The notes beneath the pieces were generated by a model. The model did not search any database and had not been told where the DNA came from. It saw only the letters and a list, made by a program, of their open reading frames with translations. From NCBI GenBank assembly GCA_005240095.1, contig SBAX01000279.1, forward strand, positions 1 to 49,056: DNA of 49,056 nt, written 5' to 3'. Within the stretch, counting starts at the first letter, position 1, and every line of letters starts with the position of its first letter. The position numbers were made by a program, and so were the translations under genes. Of this stretch, positions 41,837 through 49,056 are shown one piece after another. Source of the DNA: Phycisphaera mikurensis. GTDB taxonomy: Bacteria > Planctomycetota > Phycisphaerae > UBA1845.

Positions 41837-43579
41837 ATGTCAGACGCGTGGCAAATCGCGGTCGAATACCACGAGCGCACGAAGCACCATTTCCAGCGCT
41901 ACGCCCGCGCCTTAGGTTACCTCGATTGGGCTACCCAGCCCGATCCCTTCCGCCGCTATGAGGGCGCGCCGCTCCACGCCTTGCTGCTCAGCGAGCACTC
42001 CAGCGGACCAAGCTACGACGATCTCTTCCAGCCCGGCGCGATCCCTGGGCAGCCTGTCAACGTCAAATCCATCTCCGCCCTGTTCGAGTTCTCGCTCGCC
42101 CTCTCCGCGTGGAAGCAGTACAAGGACACGCGCTGGCCGTTGCGCATCAATCCTTCCAGCGGCAACCTTCATCCCACCGAAGGCTACCTGATCTCCGGAC
42201 CGATTTCCCTGCACGATCAACCGGCCGTCTACCACTATGCCCCCAAAGAGCACGCCCTCGAACGCCGCACGGAATTCACTCTTGAAGTATGGCAACAGCT
42301 CATTCTGCCTCCCCCTTCGACACAGGCGGCCGACCAGCTTCCCCCCTTCACAAGAGGGGATACAGGGGGGTCGCCTGCCGGACCTGGAGAGGGCATGTTG
42401 CTCGTAGCTCTGACCTCGATTCACTGGCGGGAGGCTTGGAAGTACGGCGAGCGCGCCTACCGCTATTGCCAGCACGACACCGGACACGCCATCGCGGCCA
42501 TAGCGCTTTCTGCCGCCCTCCAGGGCTGGCGCTGCTTCTGTCTAAGCGCCCTCAGCGATGACGAGCTCGCGTCGCTCCTTGGCCTGCGCCGCGACGCAGG
42601 CCACGCCGCTGCGGAGCGCGAAGCACCCGATGTGCTGATGGCGATCGTCACGGATCAACATCCGGGCGATTGCAACATCACGTTGGACACCGCCGCCATC
42701 GCCGCGATTGCGAACGGTCAATGGTTGGGCACGGCCAACCAGCTCAGCAGCGACCACGTGCACTGGGAGGCCATCGATCTCGCCGAAGCCGCCTGCGCAA
42801 AGTCCGGTCCCCCTCTCCCCCCGGCAGAGGGGTTAGGGGTGAGGGCATTCGGCCCACCGCTGTCGCGCACCGCCCGGGCAGCACCCGCCCGCCAGATCAT
42901 CTACCAGCGCCGCAGCGCGCTCGCCTTCGATGGCAAAACCTCGCTCACTGCGGAACAGTTCTTCCTCATGATGGACCGCGTTCTACCCCGCTGGAACTGC
43001 CCGCCTTGGCAAACGCTCGGACCGCCGGTTTGCATCCATCTTGCCCTCTTCGTGCACTTGGTCGAGCAACTCGTGCCCGGCCTGTACTTCCTCGTGCGCC
43101 AGCCCGACAAACTGGGCGACCTTCGACGAAGCATGCATGAAGACTTCCGGTGGACCAGACCCGCCAACTGCCCCCAACACATTCCGCTTTATCTCTTGAC
43201 CACGGGCGATGCCCGCCAGGTCGCCGGTCAGATCAGTTGCGGGCAGGACATCGCCGCCGACGGCAGTTTCAGCCTGGGGATGATCGCCGAATTCGAAGAA
43301 CCGCTGCGCGAGCACGGCGCCTGGTTCTATCGCCGCCTGCACTGGGAAGCGGGCGCCTTGGGTCAGGTGCTCTATCTGGAGGCCGAAGCCGCCGGCATCC
43401 GCGCCACCGGCATCGGCTGCTTCTTCGACGACCCCATGCACGACCTGCTTGGCCTAAAAGGTCGCCGCTACCAGACCCTCTACCACTTCACCGTCGGCGG
43501 ACACGTCGAGGACACCCGCCTGACCTCACTGCCGGCCTACCCGCCCCAACTCGCTCTCCGCCGACAGGCGACGCCTTGA
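41837..43579 (+). CDS. SagB/ThcOx-type tandem nitroreductase-fold (FMN) dehydrogenase
   Basis: N-terminal signature YHERTKHHF...YLDWATQPDPFRRYEGAP, INPSSGNLHPTE, and a second nitroreductase-like half ending GIGCFFDDPMHDLLGL...LYHFTVGG. Carries two in-frame repeat insertions. Confidence 0.75.
   Translation: MSDAWQIAVEYHERTKHHFQRYARALGYLDWATQPDPFRRYEGAPLHALLLSEHSSGPSYDDLFQPGAIPGQPVNVKSISALFEFSLALSAWKQYKDTRWPLRINPSSGNLHPTEGYLISGPISLHDQPAVYHYAPKEHALERRTEFTLEVWQQLILPPPSTQAADQLPPFTRGDTGGSPAGPGEGMLLVALTSIHWREAWKYGERAYRYCQHDTGHAIAAIALSAALQGWRCFCLSALSDDELASLLGLRRDAGHAAAEREAPDVLMAIVTDQHPGDCNITLDTAAIAAIANGQWLGTANQLSSDHVHWEAIDLAEAACAKSGPPLPPAEGLGVRAFGPPLSRTARAAPARQIIYQRRSALAFDGKTSLTAEQFFLMMDRVLPRWNCPPWQTLGPPVCIHLALFVHLVEQLVPGLYFLVRQPDKLGDLRRSMHEDFRWTRPANCPQHIPLYLLTTGDARQVAGQISCGQDIAADGSFSLGMIAEFEEPLREHGAWFYRRLHWEAGALGQVLYLEAEAAGIRATGIGCFFDDPMHDLLGLKGRRYQTLYHFTVGGHVEDTRLTSLPAYPPQLALRRQATP
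42339..42371 (+). repeat. Poly-C/poly-G hairpin repeat, copy e (in-frame in the SagB-type CDS)
   Basis: TTCCCCCC-TTCACAA-GAGGGGA-TACAGGGGGGT, translated as LPPFTRGDTGGS. Confidence 0.65.
42809..42845 (+). repeat. Poly-C/poly-G hairpin repeat, copy f (in-frame in the SagB-type CDS)
   Basis: CCCCCTCTCCCC-CCGGCA-GAGGGG-TTAGGGGTGAGGG, translated as PPLPPAEGLGVR. Confidence 0.65.
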
Positions 43580-43643
43580 TCCGCCCAAGTGCTTGTCCGC
43601 AAAGGAGTTACGTCAAGGTGACCGCGTATCGGCCGACGCGTCC

Positions 43644-43674
43644 ATCGACAATCGACAATCGGCAATCGACAATC
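43644..43674 (+). repeat. Tandem heptamer repeat (ATCGACA/ATCGGCA x4)
   Basis: ATCGACA ATCGACA ATCGGCA ATCGACA ATCCC, ending 6 nt before the MazG-like ATG. Confidence 0.7.
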
Positions 43675-43680
43675 CCAAAG

Positions 43681-43974
43681 ATGACCTTGGACGACCTGCA
43701 AACCCTGATCGAGCGCATGTACAGCGCCAAGGACCGGGAGCGCGGATCGGCCGCCACCTTCCTGTGGTTCTGTGAGGAGGTAGGCGAGCTGGCCGGCGCC
43801 CTGCGCGAAGGAACCCCGGAGCAGAAAGCAGCGGAGTTTGCGGATGTTCTGGCCTGGCTCGTTACCTTGGCCAATATCAGCGACATAAACTTGACCGAGG
43901 CCCTCATGGGGAAGTACGGTCGCGGCTGCCCCGGCTGCGGCAAGATGGTGTGTTCATGCCTATCGAAAAGCTAG
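43681..43974 (+). CDS. MazG-like nucleotide pyrophosphohydrolase domain protein (97 aa)
   Basis: FLWFCEEVGELAGALRE...AEFADVLAWLVTLANI has the EExxE...D pattern of the MazG/all-alpha NTP-PPase fold. C-terminal CPGCG...CSC. Confidence 0.7.
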   Translation: MTLDDLQTLIERMYSAKDRERGSAATFLWFCEEVGELAGALREGTPEQKAAEFADVLAWLVTLANISDINLTEALMGKYGRGCPGCGKMVCSCLSKS

Positions 43975-44018
43975 GGGATAGTGTCGCCCTGCGTTGCTTG
44001 GGCAGGAAACTATTGACT

Positions 44019-44045
44019 GGCCACTGGTCACCGGCCACTGATCAC
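44019..44045 (+). repeat. Direct 13-nt repeat GGCCACTG(G/A)TCAC x2, 10 nt upstream of the FHA gene start
   Basis: GGCCACTGGTCAC (44019-44031), C, GGCCACTGATCAC (44033-44045). A TTGACT hexamer abuts at 44013-44018. Confidence 0.6.
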
Positions 44046-44055
44046 TAACGTTGCC

Positions 44056-45672
44056 ATGGCCGAGATCCTCATTTCGCTTCCCGACGGGCGCACCCTGCGG
44101 CACACCCTGACCACCGCGCCGCTCACCATCGGGCGCGATGCAACTTGCGACGTGCCCACGGACGACCCCAGCACTTCGCGAAAGCATGCCCGAATCTCAC
44201 CCACCGAGGACGGGTACATCGTCGAAGACCTGCACAGCAAGAACGGCACTCTGGTGAACGAAAAGCCCTGCGCCGGTGCCGTCCTGCTCCGCGACGGTGA
44301 CCAGGTCCTGCTCGGAGCCACGGTCATCCGTTTCCACGATACGCCGGTCAAGACCTCCAGCTCCGTCGTGGTGCGTGATGACGTCACCCAAAGCCACGCC
44401 ACTCACTACGCGCCCAGGGATCAGCGCCTGCTGCTCTCCCAACGGCGACTGGAGATGATCTACGAACTCAGCGAGCAACTGACTACTCTGCAGACTCGCG
44501 ACCACCTGCTGGAAACCGCCATGTCCACGTGCTTCCGGACGCTTAACTTTGAACGCGGGGCAGTGGGCATTCGCCGCCGCAACCAGCGGACGGTGGACTG
44601 GCCCGTGGTCAAGAACCTCCGCGGCGCCGAGGGCGAACTCACCATCAGCCGCACCCTGCTCGCTAGGGCCCTCGAGCACGGCGAGCGGGCCATCTACACC
44701 GACGACGGCGCCGCCAACACCGACCCCACCGTCAGCATGGTGCAACAGGGCATCCGCTCGGCCATGTGCGTGCCCCTGCTGCAGGGCGACCAGATCCTCG
44801 GCGTCATCTACGGCGACCGCCTGAGCACCTCCACGCGCTACACCAATGAAGACATCGACTTCTTCGCCGCCATCGCCCGCCAGGTGAGCATCGGCCTGAT
44901 CAACTGCCAGCTTCTCGACGAGCAGCGGCGGATGATCCAGCTCAGTCATGACATCGAAGTCGCCCGCGGGATTCAGACCGGACTGTTTCCAACGGCTTTA
45001 CCCAATCGCGCCGACCTGCGTGTGGCGGCCCTCAACGACCCCGGGCGGCGAATCAGCGGCGACTATTACGATGTGATCGAACGCGGCGACGGGAGGGTAT
45101 GGTGCCTGATCGCGGACGTCACCGGCGAAGGCGTGGCCGCGGCCATGCAGATGGCCAACTTCCAGGCCGCCGTCCGCGTGACGCTCGCCGACTTCGAGGA
45201 CCCCGGCGAATTGCTCTCCCGCTGGAACCGCTTCATCTGCGGCAACTCCCCTTCCCCAAGATTCATCACTTGCGTTCTCGTGCTGATCGATCTCGCCTCC
45301 CACCGCGTGCACCTAGGCAGCGCCAGTCATGCCCCGCCCCTGCTGATGCGGGCCAGTGCGCCCGCTCCGCAGGAGCTTACCCTCGATGGCGGGCTGCCCC
45401 TGGGCGTGGACAACGATGCCACGTTCGCATCCACCACGCACGAACTCGGCCCCGACCCCTTCCTGCTCTTTTGCTACACCGACGGCGTGACCGAGGCCTT
45501 CAATGCCGACGGACAGATGTTCGGCCACGAGCGCCTCCTCGCCGGTCTCGCCGAACGCACCGACCTCAACCCCCAGGCCCTCATCAAGCAGGTTCGTAAG
45601 CAGGTCTCCTCCTTCGTCGGGCCCGCCGAACAAAGCGACGATCTCACCATGCTCGCCATCTCCGTGGGCTAG
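44056..45672 (+). CDS. FHA - GAF - PP2C/SpoIIE-type serine phosphatase signalling protein (paralog of 700-2313)
   Basis: FHA (LTIGRDATCDVPTDDPSTSRKHARI...SKNGTLVNEKP), GAF (FERGAVGIRR...GVIYGDR), and PP2C/SpoIIE (ARGIQTGLFP...ISGDYYDV...ADVTGEGVAAA...YTDGVTEA). Confidence 0.85.
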   Translation: MAEILISLPDGRTLRHTLTTAPLTIGRDATCDVPTDDPSTSRKHARISPTEDGYIVEDLHSKNGTLVNEKPCAGAVLLRDGDQVLLGATVIRFHDTPVKTSSSVVVRDDVTQSHATHYAPRDQRLLLSQRRLEMIYELSEQLTTLQTRDHLLETAMSTCFRTLNFERGAVGIRRRNQRTVDWPVVKNLRGAEGELTISRTLLARALEHGERAIYTDDGAANTDPTVSMVQQGIRSAMCVPLLQGDQILGVIYGDRLSTSTRYTNEDIDFFAAIARQVSIGLINCQLLDEQRRMIQLSHDIEVARGIQTGLFPTALPNRADLRVAALNDPGRRISGDYYDVIERGDGRVWCLIADVTGEGVAAAMQMANFQAAVRVTLADFEDPGELLSRWNRFICGNSPSPRFITCVLVLIDLASHRVHLGSASHAPPLLMRASAPAPQELTLDGGLPLGVDNDATFASTTHELGPDPFLLFCYTDGVTEAFNADGQMFGHERLLAGLAERTDLNPQALIKQVRKQVSSFVGPAEQSDDLTMLAISVG

Positions 45673-46301
45673 CCCGATGAACGCACCGGCTGGCGGAGCA
45701 CCGTCTTGAGCTTCTTCGGCGCCACGCGGTTCGGATCGGTCAGATAGATCTCGTGATGATGCCCGTTGGGGATCAGCTTGCGGGCCGGAAGGAACTCCCG
45801 GTGCAGCCGGGCAATAGTCGGAGCCTCCTCGTCGGGCGGGCCGACGTACATGATCTGCGCGCTAAGCCCCTCGCGATAGCCTTCGAGCCGCAGGCTGGCC
45901 GGCGGCTCGCCCAGCCTCGCCTTCGCCATGGCGAGGCCGTCCTTAAACATCTCCGCCGTCAGCCAATCCGGCTCGTAGACGATCATCATCCGCCAATTCA
46001 GCTTGTCCCGGTTGCCGCAGATGAAGTCCTGAATGTCGTCCGCCCACCACAGACCTTCCAGCGGCGGCTCCACAAAATCCTTACCCATGCGCTCCCGAGC
46101 GATACGCTTGATGGGGTGGATCACCGCGAACAGCCACTTGACCGCGTGGTCGAGCGCCGAGCGATCCGCAGCCCCGTGCCCATCGATCATGACGTAGCGC
46201 ATGTCAGGCACGTCCACCAGGACGAAGTCCTTCGCCGGCGGCAGGTACAGCTCTTTCAGTTTGGCCTTCATCTCCGCATCTTTCATCGCCTGCCCCCTCA
46301 T
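45669..46301 (-). CDS. GyrI-like small-molecule-binding domain protein
   Basis: Duplicated SHS2/GyrI-like pattern (MRYVMIDGHG ... EGLWW ... WRMMI ... AQIMYVGPPDEE ... HHEIYLTDPNR). ATGA overlap with the PadR stop. Confidence 0.7.
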   Translation of the reverse strand: MRGQAMKDAEMKAKLKELYLPPAKDFVLVDVPDMRYVMIDGHGAADRSALDHAVKWLFAVIHPIKRIARERMGKDFVEPPLEGLWWADDIQDFICGNRDKLNWRMMIVYEPDWLTAEMFKDGLAMAKARLGEPPASLRLEGYREGLSAQIMYVGPPDEEAPTIARLHREFLPARKLIPNGHHHEIYLTDPNRVAPKKLKTVLRQPVRSSG

Positions 46302-46906
46302 TCAAGCCAGGGTTTGGTGGCCATGTAGGCCAGGGTGTGCGCCACCCATGTCGCCTCGGCGCGCAACTGGCCAAGTGAGTAATCGAACAACGCTTCGACA
46401 TAATCCGGCAGGGGCTGCTGCTCCACCTGGATAGCGCCGAGACGCGCCAGTTCGGCTTCGATTGACTTACCCCGCGTGCGCAGCGCCTCCAGCGCCTCCT
46501 CGCGCTTGAGTGCCGCCCAGTTGATCATTCCCAACAGCACCGACGAGTAAACGGGTCGGACATCGCGGAGCGCATCGATCGTCTGTGATGCCAACGCCCG
46601 GCGCCCGGCCGACGTGATGCCGTAGACCTTCCGGGCCTTCGGGCCCTTGACACGCCGCGTTCCGCTCCGCGGAACCGTCGCGAAGCGACGACAGGCGAAG
46701 CCCGTGCGGCGAGTCAAGGGCTTCCTGGCCGTCACGAGCCCCAGCTTTCGCAGCTTGCCGAGCACGAAGTAGATCGAGGAAAAGCCGATCTGCGTCCACT
46801 GCCGCATGCCTCGTTGCTGAATCACCTGATCGAGCTCATAGCCGTGGCGGGGCATCTCGGCCACCAGCCCCAGCAGCAGCAGTTCCGCGTCGGTCAGGAG
46901 CTTCAT
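46298..46906 (-). CDS. PadR-family transcriptional regulator
   Basis: Winged-helix signature LLLLGLVAEMPRHGYELDQVI...IYFVLGKLRKLGLV...RKVYGITSAGRRAL, with a ~25-aa basic insertion in the wing. Confidence 0.8.
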   Translation of the reverse strand: MKLLTDAELLLLGLVAEMPRHGYELDQVIQQRGMRQWTQIGFSSIYFVLGKLRKLGLVTARKPLTRRTGFACRRFATVPRSGTRRVKGPKARKVYGITSAGRRALASQTIDALRDVRPVYSSVLLGMINWAALKREEALEALRTRGKSIEAELARLGAIQVEQQPLPDYVEALFDYSLGQLRAEATWVAHTLAYMATKPWLE

Positions 46907-46946
46907 ATTCTAGTAGTAGAATACGCGATTCGGCGGCTCCTGTCAA
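46906..46946 (-). promoter_or_regulatory. PadR promoter with an overlapping 18-bp perfect palindrome (probable autoregulatory operator)
   Basis: On the minus strand: TTGACA (46946-46941), 17 nt, TATTCT (46923-46918). The palindrome TATTCTA-CTAC-TAGAATA (46923-46906) covers the -10 and ends in the A of the ATG. This implies a very short or absent 5' UTR. Confidence 0.55.
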
Positions 46947-47041
46947 CCAAAAAACGCCCAACCCCCCTCGCTTCAGTCTGGTTGGATGAGCCGGCGAGGC
47001 GCCCGCCGAGCCGTTCCGAGCAGTAGGCTTAAAGCCACATG

Positions 47042-48247
47042 TTATGCACTCGGGAGGGCGAGGCTCCTGCCGAGCCGACAATCAGTACCGCGACCGTAAG
47101 GGAGCGGGTTTGGTCGCTGACTCGCCCGCACGCCTGCAAGGAGCGCGTCGTAGCAGCGTTCATAAGCGGCTACCGTTCCCGCAAGACCGAACTGCGCCGC
47201 TCGCGCCCGTGCGGCAGCGCTGAATGCGCGTCGTTCCTCCGCGGACAGCAGCAGTCGCTCGACCGCGTCCCGCAGCGCATCGAAGTCGTGCACGGGGACG
47301 ATCACGCCGGCTTGCGGGCGCACGAGCAGCCCGTGGTCGCCTACATCCGTGCTCACCACCGGCAGTCCAAGGGCCATGGCTTCGAGCAAGGCGTTGCTCA
47401 TCGCTTCCGATGCGCTGGGGCACACATAAACGTCCAACGCCGCCAGCTCGTCGGCTACGTTCTCTCGATGGCCGAGAAGATGGACCCGGCCGCGCAGTCC
47501 CCGCTGCTCAATGAGTCGTTCCACGTCGCAGCGCAACGGGCCATCCCCAATAATGATCCCGTGAACATCGTGTATCTGCGCGCCGAGGGCATGCACGAGT
47601 TCCACGATGACCTCCGGGCGCTTCACCGCCGTCAGGGACACTGCCGTTCCGATGACAAATGATCGATCCGAAATGCCGAGTCTCGCCCGTGCCCCGGCGC
47701 GCGTCGATTCCTCGATGCGTGGCCATTCCCGAAGGTCCACTCCGTTGCGAATCACCGCGATGCGCTCCGGCGGGACTCCCGCCTCCTCTGCGAGGCGCTG
47801 CCGCCCTGCCTCGGCCACGGACAGGAAACTCGCCCCCTGGAGCACGCCCCATCGAGCCACGCGCGCCTGCCGCCGCGTGAGCGGCCCATCCCGGTCCAGC
47901 CCATGAAACCCGAGCACCAGCTTCACCGCGCCCCGCCCCATCGTCGCGGTGATGGCGTCCATCCAACAACCCGTGTTACGGGCGTGAACGATGGCTGGCC
48001 TCCACGTGCTCCCAATCCGCCGCAGCGTCAGGCCTGTCGTCCAGCTTCGATTCACCGCGTTGATCGACCAGCATGCCACGTGATCGGGAAGCTCTGCGGC
48101 CAGCGCCCCTGCATCGCGCAGGGTCACGACGGCATGCCGAAAACGATTCGAGTCGAAAGCCCGCAGCAGGCGCAACAGGAACAGCTCCGTGCCGCCAGCC
48201 GTCAGAGAGTTCACCACATGCAACACCAACGGCGGCTCAGTACCCAT
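47042..48247 (-). CDS. Glycosyltransferase family 4 (GT-B fold)
   Basis: ATG at 48247 (MGTEPPLVLHVVNSL). EX7E region (CPSASEAMSNALLEAMALGLPVVSTDVGD). 11-nt overlap with the upstream ligase-like gene. Confidence 0.8.
   Translation of the reverse strand: MGTEPPLVLHVVNSLTAGGTELFLLRLLRAFDSNRFRHAVVTLRDAGALAAELPDHVACWSINAVNRSWTTGLTLRRIGSTWRPAIVHARNTGCWMDAITATMGRGAVKLVLGFHGLDRDGPLTRRQARVARWGVLQGASFLSVAEAGRQRLAEEAGVPPERIAVIRNGVDLREWPRIEESTRAGARARLGISDRSFVIGTAVSLTAVKRPEVIVELVHALGAQIHDVHGIIIGDGPLRCDVERLIEQRGLRGRVHLLGHRENVADELAALDVYVCPSASEAMSNALLEAMALGLPVVSTDVGDHGLLVRPQAGVIVPVHDFDALRDAVERLLLSAEERRAFSAAARARAAQFGLAGTVAAYERCYDALLAGVRASQRPNPLPYGRGTDCRLGRSLALPSA
47052..47077 (+). repeat. 26-nt GC-rich repeat GGGARGGCGAGGSTCCTGCCGAGCCG (second copy at 14588-14613)
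   Basis: 24/26 identity between the two copies. This copy encodes the last residues (RLGRSLALP) of the GT4 protein on the minus strand. Confidence 0.6.
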
Positions 48248-49056
48248 ATTGCACCGCCGCTTCCACTGGCTCTCCAGAGTCCGCCAAGGGCTCATCCGCG
48301 GTAGCCGGTCGGGCAGCCAGCGCTTCGCTTGCCGCAATCCGATACAGGCACAAGGGCATCACCATCACCCACCAGAAGGATTCGCAGTAGAATCGCTGCG
48401 TCCCCAATGCCGTGATCAGATACGTGATCAGGGAGATCAGCACTCCGTACGCCAGCAGCTTCGTCTCCATAGGCTCTGCCGTAAATCGAGCCAGCTTGGT
48501 GACCTGCCGCAAATACCAGAAGGAGCCTGCCACCATCAGGCCGAACAGGATTCCGCCTTGAATCCCCAACTCCAGGAAGCAGACGATCACCGAATTGTGC
48601 GAAGACCGCTTATAGTGGCGCGGATCGTAGTCCCCGATGATTCTTGTGAAATTGCCCACCCCCACCCCCAGCGGATGATCGGCCAGAATGTGTATGGAAG
48701 CGGCCCAGATCTCTCGGCGGCTCACCGTGGCCAGGTCCGTCTCCAGGGCCTGCTGATCCGTCAGCGTTTCCATTCGCTGCCAGAAGTGGTCATCGGTCAG
48801 AGCAAAGGCCACCGCGCATCCACCAATGAGAAGTGCATGAATGCGATAGCGCTGGGCACGCGGGGCGAGCATGAACGCCGTCAGGATGCCCACGACCAGT
48901 CCGATGAAGGCCGATCGCGTGCGGCACATGATTACTGCGTTGAAGGTGAATGCCCCGGAGAGTGCGGCCAGCAGTTTCCATTTCCAGTGACTGGCTATCA
49001 GGAGCGCCGTGCCGATCAGGGGCAGCATAGCGCTCAGATGCGCCGCCGCCCCGGAC
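48237..49056 (-). CDS. O-antigen ligase / Wzy-like polymerase family membrane protein, C-terminal part (N-terminus outside the window)
   Basis: Polytopic membrane protein with a Wzy_C-like segment (CRTRSAFIGLVVGILTAFML). The reading frame probably continues past the window end. Confidence 0.6.
   Translation of the reverse strand, partial: SGAAAHLSAMLPLIGTALLIASHWKWKLLAALSGAFTFNAVIMCRTRSAFIGLVVGILTAFMLAPRAQRYRIHALLIGGCAVAFALTDDHFWQRMETLTDQQALETDLATVSRREIWAASIHILADHPLGVGVGNFTRIIGDYDPRHYKRSSHNSVIVCFLELGIQGGILFGLMVAGSFWYLRQVTKLARFTAEPMETKLLAYGVLISLITYLITALGTQRFYCESFWWVMVMPLCLYRIAASEALAARPATADEPLADSGEPVEAAVQYGY

Noticed and set aside
43150-43680. Upstream 177 codons of ORF 43150-43974
   Set aside because: It overlaps the 3' end of the SagB-type gene in another frame, is Arg/Pro-rich, and runs through the heptamer repeat. 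MazG-like similarity starts at the ATG at 43681.
43644-44045. Short direct repeats considered as a CRISPR array
   Set aside because: The units are 7 and 13 nt with no spacers of CRISPR size. There are only 2-4 copies and no cas genes in the window.

Overview
GC-rich bacterial chromosomal window. FHA/PP2C signalling genes, paired bactofilins, a giant GH38 and the poly-C/poly-G hairpin repeats suggest a Planctomycetota-like genome, but that taxonomic call is inference. I count about 47 protein-coding genes and saw no rRNA, tRNA, CRISPR array or intact mobile element. The backbone includes: a conserved phoH / 7TM-HD (PgpH-like) / ybeY / CorC-type operon (2.5-7.7 kb); a solA-like oxidase; rlmI; an AlkP-superfamily phosphodiesterase; a beta-lactamase-fold hydrolase; two adjacent bactofilins; a MntA-HepT toxin-antitoxin pair; glutaryl-CoA dehydrogenase; a divergent OsmC/TetR pair; a CUT2-type sugar ABC importer co-oriented with a 1290-aa GH38 alpha-mannosidase; a PQQ-type sugar dehydrogenase; PCD + SagB-type tandem nitroreductase + MazG-like genes; a PadR + GyrI-like pair; GT4 + O-antigen-ligase-like genes; and two paralogous FHA-GAF-PP2C phosphatases near the window ends. 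The most interesting locus is 14.2-17.1 kb. A near-consensus sigma70-type promoter and a strong Shine-Dalgarno site drive a 62-aa peptide with an acidic helical leader and a tandemly duplicated GYEGQPGNQGG core. All 5 nucleotide differences between the two core copies are synonymous. A GC hairpin follows, then an 808-aa single polypeptide that appears to fuse a PqqD/RRE-like peptide-recognition domain, a site-2-protease (M50) intramembrane metalloprotease and a HlyD-type periplasmic adaptor. I read this as a compact RiPP-like peptide recognition, cleavage and export module that I do not recognise as characterised, with no tailoring enzyme or transporter visible nearby. Secondary observations: a dispersed hairpin repeat family inserted in-frame in conserved enzymes, a second 26-nt repeat, a uracil-DNA-glycosylase relic, a leaderless-type PadR promoter/operator, a low-GC islet of small membrane and zinc-ribbon ORFs, and an ~840-nt gap with no convincing gene.
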